Shown here in pieces: positions 52,067 to 64,000 of a DNA stretch of 64,000 nucleotides. The stretch covers positions 237,251 to 301,250 of the forward strand of contig NMRA01000413.1 of NCBI GenBank assembly GCA_002633005.1, written 5' to 3'. Each line of letters opens with the position of its first letter. Position 1 is the first letter of the stretch. Source of the stretch: Phoronis australis (taxonomy: Eukaryota > Animalia > Phoronida). The position numbers and the translations under genes were made by a program. The notes under the pieces are model-generated. The model ran no database searches. It had not been told where the DNA came from and was given only the letters and a program-made list of their open reading frames with translations.

Positions 52067-53530
52067 AGGAGAATATCGTCTTAATCGGTCTCTATCCACA
52101 TCACCTCGTATACGGTCGATCTTACCTCGCCGAGAGGTGTCGCGTTAACGTGTGAGGAAGGTGAGAAAACGACCCAGCGACGTCAGTGGTTCTTTTGCAG
52201 AGTGAGTGCCGCTATGGTGTGTTGTATCGCTCCCGCTTGTGCCAACAATGAACCTGCGAGGAAAGCAGGTATATCGCTTTTTCGATTTCCTCGAGAGCCC
52301 GAAATGCTTCGAAAGTGGCTCGCGGCAGTGAAGAATGGAAAGTACGCCATTAATACCAAGCATGAGGCCGTGAAACATCTCCGTGTCTGTGGTCGGCATT
52401 TCGTCGACAGTGATTTAACTGGCGAATGCCGGCTTAGCAAACAGCTCATGCAAGGGCAGAAAAGGAGACTGATGAGCACTCGTTTAAGTCGGGATTGCAA
52501 GTTGCCATGTTGGCTTATTTTTATTGTTCCAAATGAATTATTCTCACCCTAACCAATGCTTTTATAAAACTGTAACAAAGTGTCAAAGTCTCTCTCATTA
52601 GATACTATTTGTAATGCCGTTGGAGTGTTCGTGAGTGCAATTGTTTTGAGAAGCCAGCACTGTAGATACATCGAGGCCGTGTGAGCGCATGCTAATTCAG
52701 TGTTTGCTGACAGAAGGCTGTTGTGAAACAATAACTCGATTCTATGTGCTATGGTCACATGTTAGGGGAATCTTTATTAAGATATACATATACAGTAGTC
52801 GAATCATTGTTACTGTGCAACTTTTGCCCTAATAGTTCTGTGGAAGGGGAACCTGACATCGTGGCCACCGATGAGTAAGAAGATTTGAAGTTTCGCGGCT
52901 AATCCAACAAAATAATCCCGTGCACATTATTTCTTTGGCTCACTAGTATAGTCTTTTCGTGGCTTGAAATTTAGTTTCCAACTTTGGATGGTTTATGTTC
53001 GTGATGTCTTCAGTCAGGCCGCGACGGGCGTGATCGGGTTCCGAGTCACTGGCTGGGATAACAAGCGTTTTTTGTACTTAGAACTGAAAAAATCGCCAGT
53101 CTAAAATTACAATACACAGCAATGTTCTCCTGTCTATATTTCACGGAATAACAATTCGAATTTATCACCGAACTCCCACGGTAAATTAGCCCACCGAACT
53201 TTGTAGGCTACAGCACGTTCAAATACATATAAATCCGTAACAGCGATACAAAACAACACGTTTGTTCAAGAACTCGATGTGTTTGTTAGGCTTACATAGA
53301 ATTTTGATAATTCATTGTTGTAAAACGATGAATTCAAGCGATAAGCTGACACCAGTAAGCGTGTTGTGAACTGGTGAACAGACTGCGTTCGATCCTGTGA
53401 CGTCATTGGTTAATTTCAACACCTCCATTTGGCGCCAGTTGTCAGGTAATAGACCTGTACTTGCTGTTATCGAGTGGGGCTATTCAATCTAAATTGATAC
53501 AAAATAATTTGTTTTTGGTCGCATTCTCCT
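52067..53530 (+). mobile_element. Non-autonomous Kolobok-type DNA transposon, copy 2
   Basis: TTAA TSD (52063-52066, 53531-53534); TIRs AGGAGAAT.. / ..ATTCTCCT; collinear with the 5725-7360 copy. Confidence 0.85.
52214..52552 (+). pseudogene. THAP zinc-finger ORF (N-terminus of a Kolobok transposase, truncated)
   Basis: MVCCIAPACAN...GISLFRFP..EMLRKW...LRVCGRHF is a C2CH THAP signature. No AVPT box or DDE domain follows. Confidence 0.8.
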
Positions 53531-56350
53531 TTAACGCTTCCGCTTGCTTGAAGGGGCACTAAACCATTTTTGGTGATTTCAACAAATCCTTGTTATGTAT
53601 TCTGCTAATGCACCATTGGTGTACCACATTAACAAATGATGAAGGCAGTTCAACTAAAATGCTTACTCACTGTGTCACAGAAAGGATGTTACTGCTCTTG
53701 GTGTATGTATTTCCCACAGCTGCCATAAAGCAGAGGACACGCTTATTCAAGGAGTTTTCAAATTTCCTCCAAAATTGTTTTAGAGACATGGTAAGAAAAT
53801 CGTTGTTAATACCTGTCAATAAGTCAAAACTGGGAATTCTGTGTTTATTCTGGTATTACAAGTTCACACACGGCATTTCAACTACGCAATAAAAATAAGC
53901 CAATTCCATAGAATATTAGCCGTTAATATATAACATATTTTTTTCTTATTAGCACGTGCATTTGAGAATCATTGCTGTCAAATGTTCAGCGCATTCAGTC
54001 TCTCACTTGGGTGACAAATTAGGTGAACTTCGCCGAGTCAGTCAATGCTGTGAAAATATAACGCCGAGAAAATGTTCAATCGTTCGCATGGAATTCAAGG
54101 AAATAATGGTATGGCCGGTTAAAAATATGTTATATGCGACAAATGTTACAAGAATCAGCCAATCAAAAGTGATCAAGAGGATTATTGGCCTCAAAAAAGG
54201 AGGTCGTTTTGTGATTCAAACACGAGTGCAGTGAACGTTACTGTAGAGGTAAAATTTAATATTCGATATATTTGTTTGTACGGTTTTACGCTCGAGAAAT
54301 ATATTTCTAGTTCCTTCTAAAAAAGGTAGGCTCGAAAACGCCGAGGATCGGATTTTGCTTTTTTACAAGTAGGCCAACGCATTTAATGCATTATGGAAAT
54401 TGACGAAAATTGTATCGAGTGAGCATGAGTCGGTGAGATGACGGTTTTACTTTGGCAATATCTAGCGAAGATTGGTCTGATTTCGCAATACTCGCAAGAA
54501 ACTAGTCTTACATAATCTGTAGACGACACTTTGATGCAATATTGTGGGAAAACCTGTGGCAAAAGTTTTTCGGGGACTCTGAAAGTTAACAACAAAAACA
54601 TTTTAAATATGTCTACGAGTTTTGTATGTGGGGCTATGAAGATGCTGATTTACAGAGGCAAAAGACACAAGGTGCAAAGAACATTGCTACGCTTTAGCAC
54701 TATTTTGGTGGACGTTTAATCTTCCATACCACGTAGTCACCAAATTGTTGGTGAATTTGATTTTTAATGAGCAATTATAAAAGTAATGTCCACGTTGTTA
54801 CAATTTTCCTACGCAGACATTAGTTCATCATCGCACCTTTGCAACAGGCGGAGTCAATCTCTCCAACTACATTTTCTTTGACCGTGCCCGCCTACATTTA
54901 TTTAATGGTCTATTATTGATCTTATGGACCCCAAAACAGGACCCTGAAACTAGTAATGATCGCTCAATCGAGTAATCGGATCAATGTGCGTTTACAACCT
55001 GATCAAGTAATGGTAAGGGTCGTTGACGGCCAAGTAATCGAACATAACTTCCAGGATTCGTCGACGCACAAGTTTTTGATCAATACAGCGTCGCTTTGAT
55101 TGACAGGGTGTTTCTTTTGGTACGTTCACTGCTGTTGAAGCAACGATTGGACTTGAAGTTCAGCTGGGATTAGCAGCAACATGGTTAAAGCCACTGCTAA
55201 GACACCCTGCAACTTAGTCAATGGAACGCCAATGTGTACTTTTGAGAACGAGCTCGTTGCATTCATTCATATGAGTGCCCTGCAGCCGTTATAGTACAAT
55301 GCCCGCCAGAATCAGGTTCGTCGCTGTGAAATGACTGTCGCAATTCCTATTAATATTTTCAAATTCTAGTGGGGAATATAGTTATTTTAAATTCAAAATA
55401 TGGAAAACACAGTTATTGCACAGCCGTACCATCACATATGCGTGATAAGTTAAAATTGAGTCTTTACTGCCTAGGGTGACGTTTTCTATACTGTGGTCGG
55501 ATTGGAGCTCATAAGGGCTATTTCTGTCTTAACAAACCGTTTCATTTGCATTTTGAGCTGTTGAAGCAGTGTTCAATATACATTTGGGTAAGACTTAAGA
55601 TATGGGTGAAACCGCCACACTGTGCTGTATTCAGTGACATGTCGGTTGCACTACCGGTTTATTCTAGAATAGTTGTCAGCCTTTTGGGATTGTCTTACAC
55701 GCTATTTATTTAACTAAGTTAATTTTTGTAGGTCTGGATAAGATATCGATGCCTTCAATGTGTAGATAACTGATGGTGCTATTTCGAATGCAAATCACTA
55801 GACTTGCGAGATCATAAAGTTTATTACTGTACATACATAACCCGTTCTCAATAGTATACACGATTTCACTGATGCAAAAGCGAATGTATATTGTGAACTC
55901 GCAAACATGTTCATTGAAAACGCACATCCTCTTTAGTTCGCTCCGAGCGTTAAGCTTTATGACTTCTTAACCAAAGCCATATCTTGGAGAACAACGACAA
56001 GTTAAATTGATGCTGAATGAGTGTAGAGAGCTCGTAAAGAGATTTATTGTAAAATAAACACAGCATGGAATTACACGAGACACTCATCGAAGGTATATGT
56101 GAAACGTCACTCTTAGGGTTTCCTTTGTGCAGAAAGGTTTCTTCTCCTCAGATGTTTGTCTTACTGACAAGCGCGAGGACAAGTTGGACAATTTTTATAG
56201 GACCACGTTGTGGCCTAGAACTCGTTCAACGATGAGACTGCGCTATCGAATGAAATTAGTTGGAATGGAAACCCCATAAACTTGGGGTGTGGTGTTTAAG
56301 TTCCACAACCACATGTTCAGTGTACATGTATCATGTTCACCGCAATCTGT

Positions 56351-56550
56351 GGAGACGGTGTGGCTCAGTCGTTTGCGCTCCGGACTCCCCTTTGGAAGAC
56401 CCGGGTTCGAATCTTTACTGGCTGGCAATTGGGCACTGCACAAAAGTGTCTCCTACTCCTTTAGCTCGGTCTTACTACATGTATGTATGCAAGGGAATGA
56501 ATGAGAACCTGGATGTAATGTGAAAGCGATTTCTGGGGCTGCTCTAATAT
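56351..56550 (+). mobile_element. tRNA-derived SINE
   Basis: A box TGGCTCAGTCG, B box GGTTCGAATC, core TTAGCTCGGTCTTACTACA shared with the 40884-41034 SINE, and an L2-like tail ATGTGAAAGCG. Confidence 0.7.
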
Positions 56551-57504
56551 TTTTACCAGAATTTGTGTCCCAGTTTAAAAATACAAATGAATTAAAGCAA
56601 CGATATCGGTAGTAAGAGATTATTACATTACAGTTGTGTCGACGAATAAGCTAATCTTGTTTCTGTTTTGTCACAGAAACAATTAAACCTATTATAACTG
56701 TTCTTGTAACTCAATGTAACATTACGCTATCATGACGTTCTGGGACTGAACATTGCGTAGCACAATTTCGTTTTGATTACCAAGTATGCTTACTCTTATT
56801 GGAGGCCAAATCAGAGGACGTGTTTAACATTACGTTAATGATCTTGTCAGGGAATCGATGGAGTTAGTCGCCAGGTTGTAGTCCACGGTAATGCTTGCTA
56901 AATTAACAAATTGCAAGGGCGTTTTGGAGTGTCTTCGTTTCTATCAAATACAAGCCTAGACAATTAACACTGTATATCGCACAATCTCATTAGGACGAGA
57001 GTCAGTTAAATGCAATCTACAGTATATTGTTAGGCTTAATCTCATTGGTTTGCTAGTATTGAACAGTGTGACTGAGTAACGACTTGAAGAGACGAAAATG
57101 CAGGGAATTTCATGCTCAGTTATATTTCAATGTTTTTCTTCCGGCTGACAGCACGTTGTTTCTAGGTTTCATACTCCGAGATGCGTTCCGTGTACTTCGA
57201 AATGCATGTAATGTGGCAAATTTATATCTGATTTGACATAATATAACTTGGTTTAGAATTCTGAATGCGGAATACTTTTGATTTTTTAAAACTCAAAATG
57301 GTTTCAAAACTTATAATAGGATCAAAAGCACGTACTGACAAATCAGACTGACAAAGTCGTAACCTCTCCATGCCAATGCGAGACAAGATTCTCTGACTTA
57401 CACGAAACAAATATTACAGTGTACATCCAACTTTCTAATGCTGAGGTAACTTGACCACCAAGCACACATTTAGCGAAAGGTATCCTTTTTTCTTTGTCTT
57501 GGAA

Positions 57505-57547
57505 TGACGTCACAGGAGCGTCTATTTATAGAACAGGTTCCAATCAG
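57505..57547. promoter_or_regulatory. Candidate intronic enhancer: CRE + MEF2 + CCAAT
   Basis: TGACGTCA (57505-57512), CTATTTATAG (57522-57531) and CCAATCAG (57540-57547) within 43 bp. Confidence 0.35.
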
Positions 57548-60500
57548 CAGTGAAGCAGAGCCATTGAAGTTCATTATTCACCTACAGCTTCTCAAAACAT
57601 GACATTATGGGTGTTTAAAAAGCTGGAATTAAGGCTTCGAAGGTTACATGTAGTTTTAAGGTTATGTAGAGCCTTACTGACAAGTCTGTACATTAGCCAA
57701 ATATCTACCAAACTGTAGAATTAAACTTAGCAAAACTATGTTTTCTGAAAGCTGAATGCCGACTTTATCCGCCACCAATAAGATTACATGGTCATGCTTT
57801 TAGAGTTAAGGTTTATTCATGGAAAAACAACAGGATCAATTGCGTGACCAAATTTCGTGTGGTGTAAGACAAAATCTTGAAAATGCTGTTACAGCTCTCT
57901 ACGTTATACTTTCGTTTTTGTTTTATGCAACTTTAAAGTTTTTTTTTACAAAAAAGTCGTATCAGTCCTGTGTTTGATAGTCGCAAGTGCAAAAGCAGAA
58001 CATTTTAAAAACAATTTTTACCAGCGTTTTGGAGAACAGTGTGTGGAGATTAATATCTGAAGGTTTCATGCGAATCCGTTCAGCCACTTCTTGTCCGGTA
58101 GTGTGTGGCATTGTAGATCTTGAACATGGTATTTAAGTTAAATTATCAGTAAAAATAAAGTCCTTGTTCATGTCACCATAATTCATAGCATGTTCCAAGC
58201 TGGTTTGGTCGAAACTCGGTTATAACATAAAGTAATGAAATGGTTCATACATGGAAAATCAGCTAAATTAACTCGAAAATTGCATATTTGCACATATAGA
58301 CTGTATATCTGACCTAAAATGCAGGTGAACCATCAAAGCTAATTTATTATGCAATTACAGACAGCCTATAGGTTGTTTTCATACTACGTATACAGAACAG
58401 GAAAATATCTTTATCATCATATTGATAGATGTTTGTGTATGGTATCAGACATCTTAAGAAAATTAAACGACACATGTTGTACTTTCACGACTTCGCTGGC
58501 AAGGCGCAGGCAATATTTTCTTTGTCAGGAAAAATAATATTCTTCTTGATGGAGATTTATTCAATAACCCACAAGCTGGTGTTTTATGACATTACTACCA
58601 CTCGAGTGGTTGATGACGTTGAGGTGAGGATGGACTAGGTTGCAATGTTCTTAAAGTGCGGGTGGCTACTTTCTTAAGTGATTGAGATCTATATTTGCAT
58701 ATCACGACTGTAGCTTCTGACCTGAAATGCATTTTTCATTACCGTGCTCCAGCTAATAAAACCAGACATTTTGCTTACAGATTGGATACAAAATCCCGGA
58801 CATGATCACGAATGTCATAGATTATTTAACACGACACAGCCTTAGGATTTCGTGCAGTTGTCTTTCCGGCTCTTTGAAGATCGCTATATATCTTTTGAGC
58901 TTCTTACTATTGAATTTGTCGAATAAATTCATGTATTTAACATGATGTTTAATGTGGTGGTTACATCAAAATATCCGTGACTTTGGTGGCAAATACGTGT
59001 GCATGTCAAAGGTGGGAAGTGAAGGGACGTTATACTGTTTTGCAGGCGCTTTTGGTTGATTAGGCCTGTCACTTACTACAAAAGATTTTGTAAACATTTT
59101 TAATCTATTTGTATAAAAAGGGAAATAATAAAAAACAAACAAAAAATGTTCAGCAAGTTCAGACAATGGCTGCCAGTGCAAGTATGCTGAGCGCTTTTGC
59201 TTATCCCTTCGAATTTCGAATGACTTAGCTCACTGAGTAGTCGAGAAGTTCTTCCTATTTTCAAACCCAACCCCGGTACGTATCAAGTTGTCCCGTGATA
59301 TTCAATCTAATGAAAAGGTGATTCGCCAGGGACAGAGTATTTGCGTAGAGCGTCTTGCTCACGGCGTCACGGACCCGAGTTGAATAATTGCTATTTTAAT
59401 TACTTCAGCTTTTAAAAATGGAATATAAAAGTTGAAAGAACCCTTCAAAGTTAGCAAAATTTGCTGAAAGTCCCAAAAACGTCGTATTCGGGAACAATGA
59501 AAAACGTTTAATTGTTTATGTGCAACTCACGTATAATGTCTATGAATTTTTGAATTCATTAAAATACTCACTATGTATTGTCGTTTCGTCGTTATCTTTA
59601 AAAACGTGTTTTGTCCGAAAACTAATGCTATGGAAGAGATAACAATAACGTTGGTGGCTTTGAAATTCTCTTATTACCTTCAAATGAAATACATGTATAA
59701 CCACTAACAATCTCATCCAGTCGACCTCACTACTGTACTTTGTGTGACACTCTCTCCTTAATATTGCATTTCACGAAAGATCGTTACAGGGCTTTTCTCA
59801 GAATGTTCAACCGCCATATCATCAAATTGTAAACCACCAGAGTTGTAAATGACTGGGACGTTACTATTTGTAGACGACAACTTCGTTCACTTTGTCGCAC
59901 CGCGGTCATATCTGTTGGTACGTCGAACTGGCACACGCAAAAATGCAATCAGTGTAGTTGTAATTTAATAAACTGTGATTTATCTAGCTACGTGGAGAGA
60001 ACTGTCTGATTGGCAACACGTACGATGAGTCAAAATCTTGGTTTCTTAGAACTGTAAGATGTCCAACCAAAATCTGTATGAGTATTATTAGTTCCAAATT
60101 ATTGGTGAAAATTCTAAAAAACAATATTTGCTTCATTTAAACGGTGCTTGGCAAATGTTCGAGGAAACGAATCAACGAGATGAACAAGGCATCGTTAGAT
60201 GCTATTACATTAAGACTCATTTTAATAGAATTTGTTTACTTAAAGCATCTGTAAGAGTCACTAGAATCTATACATCTTGAGACATCTATTGCATCAGAAC
60301 TGACTTAAAGTACAAAAACTCAATTCCTTCTCCGGTTTGTAGCGTAGTTCCACTTACATTCAGTGAAGAGCCGAGAAGAGGCTAAAGGTATTTTGTGCTT
60401 ACAGAGAAATGGCGGCATGTGGAATAGAATTATCTTATAGGCAAAAGTGTCGGTCATCCTTCAACGGTACATGGTAGAATCAGCAATATGTATAAAATAA

Positions 60501-63500
60501 AAACCTGGAAAATCAAACTCGTTATTCGGACAGTATTACTGTAAAATCAGGGACACCATATTTCGAAAACAAAAATGAGAAAACCCATTTGACCATGCTT
60601 ACGGGTGCGAAGAATTTAAGGGCCAAAACCAAAAGGTGAAAAGGCTGCAGAACCGATGGTACAAATGCATGGGGTTATGTTCATTAGCGAGTTAGCCGGT
60701 GGCACTCTAATTGATTGAAAGGTAACACAGTTATTGCATGATCAGTTTGAACGTTATGAACGCGGGCAGAGCAGTTTGTTTGAATTCACAAGGTCAACTT
60801 TAAGTCTATTTAGGTCGGTGACAGCAGATTGAATTTCTCTATGTGTAGTCTTTCTTTTTCGATTGGCACATTGTGTATATGTGCATACAAATGTCTTTAG
60901 ATTCCACATGTATTACATGGTGTGAAGAAGAAGTGTCTGCATTATTCACAAGTTATGTCCGTTTTGGCGTCGCTATGTTTTACTTATACCTGAAAATCGT
61001 GAAAAGGATATTGGCTGTTTTTGTTGTATTATATCTACCACTTCTCCGTTGTGTCATTTTTGAAAGTCGCAACATACACAAATATTTTCTCTTTGACACG
61101 CTACCTGCATGGAAATTAGTTTCTGTGTATCATAATTATCGGCAAATTATCCGCTCTGTTGCTGAAATGAAAATGTCAACTCGACGACGAAATTCACACA
61201 TATTAAGCCGATTCAAATACCTTTGTATTCAATCGAATCTCCTTTGCTTGCCGCTCCTTTACAATGCATTCGACGAAGGAACAAATATAAACAGTGAATT
61301 TGACAGCCGTTTTAATGATGTGGGTACATTTCGTGCACTGAGGCAGTGGAATGTCAATAAAAACATACAATATAAGTGTTATGTTTGTGAAACTTTCAGT
61401 GTATTATTTCTGTGTGTTTCTACATGTTAACGACTACTAAACAAACACACGAGGCGTACAAAGCAATAACACACAATGCCATTTCTCACGAGCGCACGTG
61501 CGTGTTCGGTTAGGTCAAGGACTAGAACTGCGTGACTGCGGATATCCATCGACTTACGAAATCATTTGTTAAAAAGTCACAAGGTTTCGAGAGAACTTGA
61601 CCAGCATAATGTATTGTGATACGATGCAATGGAACGAGTTCGATGGAGTAAGTTTCAACAAAACATTTTTAAATTGTTGCCGAACACAAAAAACTTCACC
61701 CCAGGTTTTTAAAAACGTCTCTAATATTTGGTTTAAACCTTTACTTCGAATAAATCCTCATGCTCTATAATGCTACGTAGCTCTATAGACACGCTGCTTA
61801 TTACTGATGTTGGTAGTCGTAAGTAAGACTTTCGCGTTAATTGTTGTACACAATTTGCAGACGGAAATAAACTGCCCATTTTACAAGATTAGGAAAAAGA
61901 AATGTTCACAAACGGACGCCTGACGTCTTACTTAGATCGCATAAAATCAACTAGATAACAAGATTTATTCAAATCGTGTTTGTTTCGTTTGATCTGACAG
62001 CAGTTCGAGCCAATGCCAATACAAATAATGTGTACACTAATGGAACATGTTTGCTGACAAGAAAATTTTGTAACAAATATTATTCCATATCGTTTTACAG
62101 TTGACACTGGGCAGAGAGCAAACAGGTCTCTTCACCTAATGCAAACGGTACACTAAGGGATTTAGAAAGCGTAGTTTGATTTAGATAATGCCGGACTACG
62201 ACTTCGTAATTTACAGTAGCTGTTCTACCCCACCACCCAGATTCTGTGATACTCCAGAGCATTTACTCATTTACTTGGCTAAGACATAAGAGACTTTGTG
62301 CTGCCTCTGTGATTTGTGGCAAACATGAAATAAATTGGAACTGGTTTGGAAATAGATTTGTTAATTTTTCAACGTATTTACCGTGAGAGAAATTGTTCAG
62401 GAATCTCCCAGACTGGCGGTTTCTTGTAGATATTTGCTGTTCATAGTGTGTGTCAAGCGGTACCAATTTTTTTAATGTCATCAAATTGTCCACGTCGTTT
62501 TCTTGAGCCTCGTAGGTCGTGATGGCAATGGGGTTCTTTTCATGACACAAACGTCAAACACTTCAACACAAATTTGACTTCCTTTTTTATTTGCACGTGG
62601 TTCAGGTGGCAATTTTAACTAGCGTTAGTTTTATCATAGAACTCTAGTCCTGGAGTGACAATTTCGATCTCGCGCTCCTGGGGTTGCGCCACGCATGCGT
62701 GGCATTTATTTGCTTTCGTTTGTTCCGGTGTCGGTTATTTCTATGTGAATCACGGTCACTAAAATTTTTCGCAACTCCGCCGTTTTTCGACCGATTTGTA
62801 TAACATAAGAAAGCGCTTTATCATGTGCACGATTATAGCAGAAGCAAACGATGAACAATTTAATTCATAAATAATCATCATTTCACATACCTGACCGGTT
62901 TAGAAAATATTTTTAATTCTAAAAACCAAGAGTGTTACCAAAATGCGAAAAATAACAGGGTGTAATAGTAACATAAACAAAATAAATGAACCAGGGAGGT
63001 CATATATACATCCAAAAGCGCCTGGCGTTTTTGTCGAAAAGGCTAGTGCTTGAAAAACCCTTGAAACGTTTGTTTTTTTTTTGCTTTTAAGTCGAACTGG
63101 AAACAATGCTTTGTCGCCTGGGAAATTACAGTGGCATATGATAATATGTCAGTGTCGCCGTGCGTCGAAAAGTGGGACACTTTGACGGTGTGGCGGGATG
63201 GCAGGAAAAAGTCAAAATGTTGGATAGTCCACCATGAGTGAAACAACTGAAAAGTACAATGTAAGCTGTCAGTAACAAAAAGTACTGGATTGAAATTTTT
63301 AAAAGGTAAACTTTACATTTTTTAAAGTTTATTTCGCTGGTATAGGGAAATACTGCAGATAATCCCGAAATCGAATTTGCAATAAAGTATATCGGCAACA
63401 GGTAAGCATTGCACAAATGAATTATTATAGAAACAATTGAAAACAATCATAATTGATGCGACACCAATGCACATCCTCCGCTACGCGAACACGAGTAGTT

Positions 63501-64000
63501 TTTCGAAAGTCACGTAAAAACACTTTCTAGTAGGGGCTAAAACTTTTCATTGATAATTGCAGAAGAAACACTCAGAAACCAAACATCACTTTATTTCGTG
63601 AACTACAGTAGCATGATTGTAACACCCGATGAAAAGCCTTGTTAAAAACTCCAAGCATGTAGTTTGATAGGTTGTCGAAAGTGGTTCTAAGAGTAGAGAT
63701 GAAACGGGCCAGACTATTTCCGGTATCCGCCAGGGTGCGTATAAAAATTATTAATGTTATTGTCGAGTTTGTTGACTAATTTTGCAGTGAAATCGCTGGT
63801 TGTCTAGAGCCGTAGCCGATGAGTCTTGCTTGATGAACAAAAATGTCAAAATGAAAATGAAACGGTTAAATTAGGCTTGATTTGATAACTCCAAAACTCG
63901 ATCAAATCTCACTGTCGAGCAGACAGTAGGAAATTCTCTGTGCAAACTCTCGCGGCTAGTCTCGGGGTCGTAAACTTTGATAATACATTCGTCATGTCCA

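Noticed and set aside
60873-61430. 185-aa ORF
   Set aside because: GTG start, AT-rich low-information composition, no carboxylesterase motifs or convincing exon boundaries.

Overview
AT-rich eukaryotic genomic DNA, most likely from a marine invertebrate bilaterian, with long introns, many transposon relics and an assembly gap at 38111-38645. Two neuronal genes lie head-to-head. (1) A divergent TRPC-family cation channel runs on the minus strand. Four exons join in frame through GT-AG junctions (9179-9362, 4216-4532, 2046-2222, 852-1043), a probable acidic N-terminal exon lies at 24111-24351, and the gene continues off the left edge. (2) A neuroligin-like gene runs on the plus strand; its first coding exon (45749-46175) is followed by an apparent intron of more than 17 kb. 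The rest is intronic or intergenic. It holds two related Kolobok-type elements (TTAA TSD, THAP remnant), two Academ-type elements (one young, with ~520-bp satellite-like TIRs), a Penelope element with an inverted 3' copy, a TG..CA element with a 6-bp TSD and a nested LINE tail, tRNA-derived SINEs and several MITEs. No prokaryotic system, CRISPR array or rRNA is visible. Most ORFs in the supplied track are spurious. All family assignments come from motif recognition, not database searches.
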